This document shows positions 29,580 to 36,906 of a DNA stretch of 64,000 nt, one piece after another; within the stretch, counting starts at the first letter, position 1; each line of letters starts with the position of its first letter. Source of the stretch: a virus (lineage: Duplodnaviria > Caudoviricetes); IMG/VR virus record IMGVR_UViG_3300010883_023988, positions 1,956-65,955 of that record. One strand, given 5' to 3'. The notes beneath the pieces are model-generated. The model searched no databases. It was not told where the DNA came from and saw only the letters and a program-made list of their open reading frames with translations. Made by a program: the position numbers and the translations under genes.

Positions 29580-31210
29580 TAGAATAGCTCCTCTTGGCTA
29601 TCTTTTTCAGGCGTGTTTTCTTCGTTGGCGGAGGCGGGAGACTCTTCTTGGCCGTCTTCTCGATTCGGAGCATTAGCTACTTCCTCGCTTGGGTGAGGGG
29701 TTTCTAATTGGTGAGCAATGACGCTGAACACGTCCCCTTTCTCGATAACTTTGCCTCTGCATAGACAGACGTTAACATAGTAAGGAGTCTTAATGGGGTT
29801 ATTCTGATGGTCTCTCTTTACTAGCTCCGAATAAGAGTTCACCATTCTTTTCCCTGGCCAGCGGTTTTTGTGAGCGATTATCTTGTGCGTTCCGAATTGA
29901 AAAAGACCATCGTTTCCTGTCTCGAAAAATTCCGTCCACCTCTCTCTAACTGCTTCCAACTGGATTCTTTCGTCCGCTGCTATCTCCTCGTCCGTTTTGT
30001 TCTGCAAGAACATAGAGTGGTTCGAGTCTTCTACAGCTTTGTACGATGCTCCAATAGAATTGGACGTACCAGTTTCGTTATTTTTATTCCTTGAATCTCC
30101 GCTTTTATTGGTCTGCATTGCTGTGACCAGTATCATGTTCGACTCCTTGCAGAGTATTTTTAGTTCTGAAATCTGGTCTGATAGGTCTAACCATGAACTG
30201 TCTTGTCTTTGGCTCTTCTTTCCCACGTTGAGGTAGTCGTATATTACTAATGCTGGCCTATCTTTATTTTGTTTAAAACGCCAAGATTTAACTAGGCTTC
30301 TTATATCTTCTATTGATTTGTCTTTTACCTCTACAAAATCAAGTCTTTCTAGGGATTTTTTTTCTCTAATTTCTTTTAGGTATTTTATAACCCTGTTCTT
30401 ATGATCTTCGTTCTCGTATAACCCCGACTCAATGTCTTCGTGGTGTACTCCTGTATTCGACATTGTTGTTCTAATTATTTGATGTTCAAACGCAAGCTCT
30501 CTGTCTAGATAAAGACATTTGTTTTCCGTATGAGAACCTACAAACTCTAAAGCGAATTGCATTAAGAGAGAGCTTTTCCCAACCCCTTGACTTGCGTGAA
30601 ATACATGATATTCCTTTGGCCTAAATGAGCCAAATCTAGAGTGGTAGATAGCCAAGCTACTTTTGAACCCCGCGATGGGCTTGGGATTTCGCATCCTTTC
30701 TTCTATAGCTTCGAGGCCGTCTGATAAGTTTCTGACTTCGCCGTCTTGACCTAGGTCATTTATTGAGAGCAAGTGCCCCGATAGCTTGTCTGATTGTTCG
30801 GAAAGTATTTTGTGAGTTTTCGATTTTCCTCCCTTGAGCCATTCATCAACCAGCTTAAGTTTTCTACGCATTTCTCTTACTTTATAGTTGAGCAGGAGAT
30901 CGTTGATTAGCCCGTCTAGCTCTTGGGGCTCTACGGCAAATTCAACAGAATGTTTAATTAGCAGATCAGAGTCTGCGTTATAATTATTTTGAATTTTTGC
31001 AGTTTTGATTTTCAGCAGGAAAGAGGCGATAGAGAATTCTTTACCGTTTAGATTTGAGACCTCAGATTTGAGGAGATCAAAGACGTCTCTTTCAAAAGAG
31101 GAAGAGAAGAAGTCCGGCTTAAGTGCATCGTATTTCGGAAATACTTTGCTGTGTTTTATTAGACATCCGATTATATCTCTTTCGAGGTCTCGCGAGCTAG
31201 ATTCATCCAT
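29579..31210 (-). CDS. dnaB: Replicative DnaB-like helicase
   Basis: Walker A ASQGVGKS, YLDREL, Walker B VIYDYL, AMQTN, KNR; N-terminal helical DnaB-like domain. Confidence 0.85.
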   Translation of the reverse strand: MDESSSRDLERDIIGCLIKHSKVFPKYDALKPDFFSSSFERDVFDLLKSEVSNLNGKEFSIASFLLKIKTAKIQNNYNADSDLLIKHSVEFAVEPQELDGLINDLLLNYKVREMRRKLKLVDEWLKGGKSKTHKILSEQSDKLSGHLLSINDLGQDGEVRNLSDGLEAIEERMRNPKPIAGFKSSLAIYHSRFGSFRPKEYHVFHASQGVGKSSLLMQFALEFVGSHTENKCLYLDRELAFEHQIIRTTMSNTGVHHEDIESGLYENEDHKNRVIKYLKEIREKKSLERLDFVEVKDKSIEDIRSLVKSWRFKQNKDRPALVIYDYLNVGKKSQRQDSSWLDLSDQISELKILCKESNMILVTAMQTNKSGDSRNKNNETGTSNSIGASYKAVEDSNHSMFLQNKTDEEIAADERIQLEAVRERWTEFFETGNDGLFQFGTHKIIAHKNRWPGKRMVNSYSELVKRDHQNNPIKTPYYVNVCLCRGKVIEKGDVFSVIAHQLETPHPSEEVANAPNREDGQEESPASANEENTPEKDSQEELF

Positions 31211-31216
31211 CTATGG

Positions 31217-31245
31217 AGAATAGCTTACTTTTGAGAAAAAGTCAA
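31217..31245 (-). promoter_or_regulatory. sigma70-like promoter (leaderless candidate)
   Basis: TTGACT-17-TATTCT, 6 nt before the dnaB ATG at 31210. Confidence 0.7.
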
Positions 31246-31502
31246 TACTGTTCTTCGTCGTCTTCTTCAATGTCTCCACCCATCGCCTGTAGTGCCATCT
31301 CCAAGTTCTGCGCTTCAGTTGCTTTTACGAAGTTTTCAATAAAATAGTGCATTGCGTAAGAATGAGGTACTGAGTCTGCTTTAGAATAGATCGTCGGCTC
31401 GCCGTCGCTATTAAAAACAAACAGCATGTATCCGCCATTGCTGCACTCTTCTACTTGGTTCAGTACTGACTTTGGGAACTTGAATGGAATGCCTTTTTTC
31501 AT
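31242..31502 (-). CDS. Hypothetical protein, acidic C-terminus
   Basis: 86-aa ORF in operon orientation, preceded by an AGTGTA motif. Confidence 0.65.
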   Translation of the reverse strand: MKKGIPFKFPKSVLNQVEECSNGGYMLFVFNSDGEPTIYSKADSVPHSYAMHYFIENFVKATEAQNLEMALQAMGGDIEEDDEEQY

Positions 31503-31508
31503 ATACTT

Positions 31509-31518
31509 ATATACACTA
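31509..31518 (-). promoter_or_regulatory. AGTGTA-class motif
   Basis: TAGTGTATAT, 6 nt before the ATG at 31502. Confidence 0.5.
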
Positions 31519-31935
31519 AAACTTGATTGAAAAGTTCTTTTCTAAGTATTCTTTACTCAGTACTGCCACGTCTTCCGTATAAAGCTCTATTAATGAAAAA
31601 TTGTTTTTCTTAAGCCACTCGGCTTTATTTAAATCTCTCTTGATTGATTTTAAGAATTGCGTCCTTGAGTTTTTATGAAAAAATTTATTGAACTTTCTGT
31701 GCTGGTCCCCGTTCACCTCTATTGCGGTTCTGGTTGTAGCGTTAAGGAAATCGACTTTCATTTTGGTTCCGTAAACGGGGAACTCTTCGTAAACAATGTT
31801 GCTTTTCCAGTGCTCGAAAAAAAAATCCTTTACCCTTTTTTGTAGCTTGGATCGGGAGGCTTCATTCCAATTTATTAAAAATCTATTTACGTTTTTATAA
31901 ATTGGCGTTTTACCGTTCAGGGTGTAAAGTCTCAT
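31516..31935 (-). CDS. Small PD-(D/E)XK (Vsr/DUF559-like) endonuclease
   Basis: EEFPV...KVDF...AIEVNGDQH...D..K..W pattern. Confidence 0.7.
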   Translation of the reverse strand: MRLYTLNGKTPIYKNVNRFLINWNEASRSKLQKRVKDFFFEHWKSNIVYEEFPVYGTKMKVDFLNATTRTAIEVNGDQHRKFNKFFHKNSRTQFLKSIKRDLNKAEWLKKNNFSLIELYTEDVAVLSKEYLEKNFSIKF

Positions 31936-33029
31936 TACTCTTTCTTAAGGACGTCTTTAAATTTATTAAATAAATAATTGGTGACTTCGGGATTATCTTC
32001 TAGGTAACTACAGAATCTTTCTTCTCCTTGGTGCTGCTTTTGAAATTCTATTTTTTCGTTAGAGAGCTCTTTAATAAGGTCGTCGTCGATTGCTATCCAA
32101 GGTCCTTTTGACGTAGCTAGCTCCCACATGAAGAGCATGTCTTTGACTTCTCTTTCGACCCAAACACTATTACCGTTTTTTCTACCATACTTGATGGGGT
32201 ATGTTATTTCTGCGTTAGTTTTTTCGTTCGGGGTTTTTCTGAGTATCACCTTACAGTTATGACCAATAGCGACATCTTTACCCCTTTCCTTCTTGAGGAA
32301 GTAGTCTGCTTTGTAAGGCTTTTGGAACTCTAAAATCCAATCAGAATAGTGCAGGGCAGCGTTCCCCCCTGAAGCGTTCGTCAATTTCGGGTCTACTTTT
32401 TGGTATGGATTTATTGATACGGTGCTTCTTACTTGGCTAACTAGGGCGCATACGTGTCCTTTTGAAGTAAAGGCTAACGCCATCCTTTTTAAGAAAGTGG
32501 ACGTCAGCAGGGCTGCTCCAGCAACCTTATTAGCTTCTTCAAATGTCTTGTCGATATCATTTTTAGGAATCAAGGCGTCCATTGAATCGATGATAAATAA
32601 ATATTTTTTGTTGTCGTCGTTATACATTACTAATTCCCTGAAAAGCCCAATGACCGACTCGTAAACGTTACACTTGTATTCGAACCATTTTTCTTTAGAG
32701 AAGTCTAGGCCTGACCTTTCTTTCATCTCTTTCCCTAGCCTTCCCTCCGACTTTACATAAACGACCTTTGACCCCTTGACTGATTCTTGGAAACATCTAG
32801 CAAAAGATAAGATGCAGGAAGTCTTGCCAGCTCCAGACGCCCCAGACATCCTTACGATGCCTGGCCTAATCCCTCCATTCATCTCTATATCTAAAAGTAG
32901 ACTTCCGCTTGAGACTTTGTAATGAGTCTCCTCCTCGAAGTTATAGTGGTCATCTTTATTTCTTTCGAGGTATGACTGAATTTGAGACTCCGCGTCTCCA
33001 GTTGTTATTTTTTTCTTTTTCATTATCAC
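31935..33029 (-). CDS. recA: RecA/UvsX-like recombinase
   Basis: SSGSLLLD..GG, Walker A GASGAGKT, IIDSMDAL, SQVR, SGGNAALHY. Confidence 0.88.
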   Translation of the reverse strand: MIMKKKKITTGDAESQIQSYLERNKDDHYNFEEETHYKVSSGSLLLDIEMNGGIRPGIVRMSGASGAGKTSCILSFARCFQESVKGSKVVYVKSEGRLGKEMKERSGLDFSKEKWFEYKCNVYESVIGLFRELVMYNDDNKKYLFIIDSMDALIPKNDIDKTFEEANKVAGAALLTSTFLKRMALAFTSKGHVCALVSQVRSTVSINPYQKVDPKLTNASGGNAALHYSDWILEFQKPYKADYFLKKERGKDVAIGHNCKVILRKTPNEKTNAEITYPIKYGRKNGNSVWVEREVKDMLFMWELATSKGPWIAIDDDLIKELSNEKIEFQKQHQGEERFCSYLEDNPEVTNYLFNKFKDVLKKE

Positions 33030-33469
33030 TTTAAAAAGTCGAATTTTCCTTTGATCTTTATCGATTCCCCTACTTCGGGGGGAGCGTTTGCCTCATCTTC
33101 GCTAAGCTCAGCGCACTTTTTAACATGCTCGAGATACTTACTGCTTTCAAACGTGCTAAACTTTTCGTACTCCTCTTTTATGAGGAGGTTATAGTAAGAG
33201 TTTGTCTTAAGTGGGATTTTGAGAGTATCAAAGGTACTTTTGGGCTTAAAATCGGGCTTGAAGTTGTACCAGAAGTCCCAGTTAGGAAATTTTTTTAGTA
33301 ACTTACTGGCCATTATACATTCTAGCTTCCAGCCCTCTCCGTTTAGCGAGTGGGGGTTTTTGTGAAGTAGCCAAACCAAGAATTGTGGCTTGGTGCGGAT
33401 TGGTTTTAGGTTTGGATACCTAGCCTTTAATGAGCGGGATGCTTTTATTGTCTTCTTTTTCAATGTCAT
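33026..33469 (-). CDS. Hypothetical protein
   Basis: 147-aa ORF overlapping both neighbours in the operon. Confidence 0.6.
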   Translation of the reverse strand: MTLKKKTIKASRSLKARYPNLKPIRTKPQFLVWLLHKNPHSLNGEGWKLECIMASKLLKKFPNWDFWYNFKPDFKPKSTFDTLKIPLKTNSYYNLLIKEEYEKFSTFESSKYLEHVKKCAELSEDEANAPPEVGESIKIKGKFDFLK

Positions 33470-34550
33470 GCTTTACCATTTTCCTAACTAGCTCCTTAAA
33501 GCTCGTTTTCGGACGCCACCCCAGCTCTTTTTTGGCGGGCTTAGGGTCGCCCATTAATAGGTTTACTTCCGCCGGTCTATAAAACTTTTCGGAAATCTCA
33601 ATATAAGCTTTTTTTGACTTTGGATCAACAAATTTCGTCGCCTGTGGGTATTTTACATACTGTCCGTTTATATCTTCTCCAGCCTCTGACCATTCCCCTT
33701 TAATTCCTGCACTGGCGAAAGCTCTTTCCACAAATTCTGAAATAGTATGAGTTTCTCCGCTTGCCAAGATGTACTCTTTCGGTTCCTCTTGGTTAATCAT
33801 TAACCAGACGCCCTTGACGAAATCCTCGCTATCGCTCCAGTCTCTCATCGCGCTTAAGTTCCCCAGTTGAATAGGCTCAAAGCTCCTGTTCTCCTTTACG
33901 GCATGATAAATTTTAGCGACGCCCTTGGTAATCTTCCTTGTAACAAACTCCTCTCCCCTTTTGGTTCCTTCGTGGTTGAATAGTATTCCGTGTATCGCAA
34001 AGATGCCATAAGATTCTCTGTATACTTTAACTAGGTGGCGCGCAGCAGCCTTAGAAGCACCATACGGACTCCTTGGTTTAATTGGGTGCTTCATGTCTTG
34101 GGGTACATAGTCTACATCTCCAAATTCTTCGCTCGATCCAGCGGAATAAAACCTACAGTCATGTTTAAATTTTTTGATTGAGTCTAAGAATCTAGCTACC
34201 CCACCAGCATTCGTGTCTAAAACATGAAGGGGCATGTCCCAACTACATCCGACAAAGGAGTTGGCTGCGAAGTTGATTATATAATCTGGCTGTATTTCTT
34301 TAACCAGCTTATCTATGCTAGCAGAGTCTGTAAGGTCGCCAGATACTAAGTGAAAGTTTTCATCTCTTAAAAAGGACTCGCAGTTGACGGTGTTTATTTG
34401 AGAGGACCGTCTCACCATTCCATAAACGGAATATGGCTCTTTTGGCGCTTTATCGTGAAACCCAATTCCAGCATTAAGGTTCAAGAGATACTCGCACATA
34501 TTCGCGCCGTCTTGACCAGTCACTCCGGTAACTAAAACACTCTTACTCAT
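33420..34550 (-). CDS. gmd: GDP-mannose 4,6-dehydratase
   Basis: VTGVTGQDG, GDLTD, NFAANSFV, YSAGSSEEFG, PRSPYGASK, GILFNHE..RG.EFVTRKIT, RDW, YRPAEV. Confidence 0.92.
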   Translation of the reverse strand: MSKSVLVTGVTGQDGANMCEYLLNLNAGIGFHDKAPKEPYSVYGMVRRSSQINTVNCESFLRDENFHLVSGDLTDSASIDKLVKEIQPDYIINFAANSFVGCSWDMPLHVLDTNAGGVARFLDSIKKFKHDCRFYSAGSSEEFGDVDYVPQDMKHPIKPRSPYGASKAAARHLVKVYRESYGIFAIHGILFNHEGTKRGEEFVTRKITKGVAKIYHAVKENRSFEPIQLGNLSAMRDWSDSEDFVKGVWLMINQEEPKEYILASGETHTISEFVERAFASAGIKGEWSEAGEDINGQYVKYPQATKFVDPKSKKAYIEISEKFYRPAEVNLLMGDPKPAKKELGWRPKTSFKELVRKMVKHDIEKEDNKSIPLIKG

Positions 34551-34568
34551 TCTACAAAATGAATAACC

Positions 34569-34853
34569 CTATTTCTTCAATTCGTCAATTTTTTCTTCCA
34601 GCCTGTCGAATCTATGATGAACAGTTTTGACGAATTGATTAAAATCATCTTTAGCTACGTATTTTTCTGGAATTGATAAAGCCAGCGAAGTGATCTTTTC
34701 ATTAAGCTTTCTGTAGTCTTCGGCTTGTTTTGCGCTGTTTTTCTGACAATCCTCCTGTATTTTAGTCACGTACCCGAAAACTATCTTAAATAGCCAGCCC
34801 GCAGTGACTCCGATAACAGAAAACGCAACATTTAATATTACTTGATTGTCCAT
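34569..34853 (-). CDS. Small membrane-anchored coiled-coil protein
   Basis: Start refined to MDNQ; one N-terminal hydrophobic helix followed by a coiled coil. A lysis-related role is possible but unsupported. Confidence 0.6.
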   Translation of the reverse strand: MDNQVILNVAFSVIGVTAGWLFKIVFGYVTKIQEDCQKNSAKQAEDYRKLNEKITSLALSIPEKYVAKDDFNQFVKTVHHRFDRLEEKIDELKK

Positions 34854-34860
34854 TGCCTGT

Positions 34861-34903
34861 ACATACACTAACTAGTCCTAGCCTAGAATCAATAAGTGTA
34901 TAT
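34861..34903. promoter_or_regulatory. Divergent pair of AGTGTA-class motifs
   Basis: TAGTGTATGT on - (34861-34870, 7 nt from ATG 34853) and AAGTGTATAT on + (34894-34903, 5 nt from ATG 34909). Confidence 0.55.
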
Positions 34904-34908
34904 AAGGT

Positions 34909-35373
34909 ATGGGAGGTTTTTTTTCAACCAATCGAAGACAGGTCAGCCTACTTGTCCTTGTCTTGATTTTCTGTGGGCTTATTAGCTTTGGGTATAGGTC
35001 TTTTAGGATTGGCGGTAGAAGTATGGTAAATAATTATGTTGACGGCGAAAAGGTCTTAGTTAAGAAGGCGAGCTATTGGTTCTCAGGTCCAGAGAGGGGT
35101 GATGTAATCGTGTTTTGGGATTGGGGGGGTATGGATTTCTTAATTAAGCGCGTCATAGGGTTGTCGTATGATACCGTAGAGATAATTGACGGGCATATTT
35201 ATTTAAATGGAGAAAAATATAACGATAAGCTAAGTCACCTGAAGATACATGAGCACATGAGCGCAGAGTCGTTTGAAGTGGGGGAGGGTGAATATTGGGT
35301 AATTGGAGATAACAGGCAAGACTCTTGGTTCGGGGTAATTCATGAAGACCAAATTATAGGTAAGGTTGATTAA
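34909..35373 (+). CDS. lepB: Signal peptidase I (S26)
   Basis: One TM helix, catalytic Ser in GRSM, RGDVIVF, catalytic Lys in LIKRVIG, GDNRQDS. Confidence 0.88.
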   Translation: MGGFFSTNRRQVSLLVLVLIFCGLISFGYRSFRIGGRSMVNNYVDGEKVLVKKASYWFSGPERGDVIVFWDWGGMDFLIKRVIGLSYDTVEIIDGHIYLNGEKYNDKLSHLKIHEHMSAESFEVGEGEYWVIGDNRQDSWFGVIHEDQIIGKVD

Positions 35374-35432
35374 AACATTTTCCTTCTAGTTACTCTTGGG
35401 TCAAAAATCTTTAGTGACATTATCTAAGTTTA

Positions 35433-35838
35433 TGGTGGAGGTGGTGGGATTCGAACCCACGTCTTTAAAACCGTTCATTCAAACATACTACAAGCTTAGT
35501 CAGTGTTAATTTTCGTGCTTCGTCGCTGACAACTACACACGAGGTTGGAGGCACTTTATTTAGACTAGACTCCTCACCATTCCTAGTTTTTTTTGCTCGC
35601 TGTCGTCGCCCCAGCCCCTTAACGAGCATCCAGAGTAGGACGGGTAGCTTACGCAGCTACAGCAGCCTCTTCAGTCCAACCAAACTTAGCGAGAATCGCG
35701 TCAGCTTCGTCAAGTGAAGGAGCCATATCAACATTATTATTGGCAGTTGAGTTGCCTTGACAGTTTTTTTAGGAGGCCAACCATCATCCTCCGCTTGCAA
35801 TCTGATGTAAGGATTCAAATCGAAACCAGTACACCCCC
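35433..35838 (-). ncRNA. ssrA: tmRNA (SsrA), tag ANNNVDMAPSLDEADAILAKFGWTEEAAVAA
   Basis: 5' GGGGGTGTACTGGTTTCGA; 3' GTGGGTTCGAATCCCAC-CACCTCC-A-CCA. Acceptor stem has a G3.U pair. Tag frame 35744-35649 ends AAVAA-TAA. Confidence 0.95.
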
Positions 35839-35847
35839 AATTTGTTT

Positions 35848-35883
35848 ATATTAATTGTCCTTTAACGCAAAGTCAATACACTT
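35848..35883 (-). promoter_or_regulatory. tmRNA promoter (sigma70-like, with an overlapping AAGTGTAT motif)
   Basis: TTGACT (35876-35871)-17-TAATAT (35853-35848). AAGTGTAT sits at the 5' edge of the -35, sharing its first T. Confidence 0.65.
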
Positions 35884-36892
35884 AAAAATCATCTTCCAGA
35901 ACCCCTGAGTTTTGATAATCCTTGACCTTCCTCTCGAAGAAATTGGTCATAGCCCCCGTGTCAACGACTTCAGAAAGCCATAAAAATGGATTCTGATCAC
36001 TGTCAAAGCGAAAACCGATGCCAATACCTTCAAGTCGTCGATTACCTATGTATTGCATATAATCGACAAACATCTCGGCGTTGAGCCCCAAGATGCCTCT
36101 AGGAAGAACGTCTTTGGCGTATTCGACTTCTAGTTGAACCGCCTCCTTGACGTGTTCGACGGTTTCTTCTTCGAACTTTTTGGTCCACACCGATGGGTAT
36201 TGTTCTTTTATTGTATTAATTAAATAAGTACCGAATTGAATATGTAAACTCTCGTCTCTCAGGGTATATCTTATTTGATCTGATAGGCCTGGTAGTTTGT
36301 TTTGTCTTCCGAGAGCTAGCAACATGGCGAATCCGCTAAAGAAAAAAGTACCCTCACAAACCATATAATAGGTAATTAGACTTCTTAAAAACTCTCTTTT
36401 ACCTTCTGTAGATTTTGTAGAGAAGTCTTGGCGGTTTATGTTCGTTGTGATATTTATTAAGAAGTCGTCTTTAGATTTTATGCTGGGTATGTTTAAATAC
36501 GCCTCGTATACTTCTGAGACCTTGAGGTTGAAGCTGTCGCAGCAAGTAACCACGGTCCAGTTGTGGAGGGATTCTTCGTATGCTTGACGCATAATATACT
36601 GCCCGCATTCCGCATCGGTAATCCACCTTGCTACATTAAGGAGCAGGTTGTTTCCAACTAACGATTCGCTGCCAGCGAAAAAGCCAAGGCATCTTTTAAC
36701 TAGGAGCTTTTCGTCATCTAACAAAGATCCGTTTTTCCACTGCTCTATGTCTTTCGACATGTTAATTTCTGCTGGAGACCAATTGTTCGCCACTCCTTTT
36801 TGAAAAAGTTCCCATGCGTACTTATGCTTGTGTGGTAATATCTGATTTACCCCAGAGGGGTTATCTTCTAGCAATAGTCCTGTTTTATTCAT
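35882..36892 (-). CDS. nrdB: Ribonucleotide reductase small subunit, class Ic-type (no radical Tyr)
   Basis: NNWSP, FFAGSESLVGNN (Glu at the first ligand), EESLHNWTV (Val at the H+4 radical-Tyr position), EG.FF, RDESLH. Start refined to MNKTG. Confidence 0.9.
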   Translation of the reverse strand: MNKTGLLLEDNPSGVNQILPHKHKYAWELFQKGVANNWSPAEINMSKDIEQWKNGSLLDDEKLLVKRCLGFFAGSESLVGNNLLLNVARWITDAECGQYIMRQAYEESLHNWTVVTCCDSFNLKVSEVYEAYLNIPSIKSKDDFLINITTNINRQDFSTKSTEGKREFLRSLITYYMVCEGTFFFSGFAMLLALGRQNKLPGLSDQIRYTLRDESLHIQFGTYLINTIKEQYPSVWTKKFEEETVEHVKEAVQLEVEYAKDVLPRGILGLNAEMFVDYMQYIGNRRLEGIGIGFRFDSDQNPFLWLSEVVDTGAMTNFFERKVKDYQNSGVLEDDF

Positions 36893-36906
36893 GGATCGTT
36901 TCTTCG

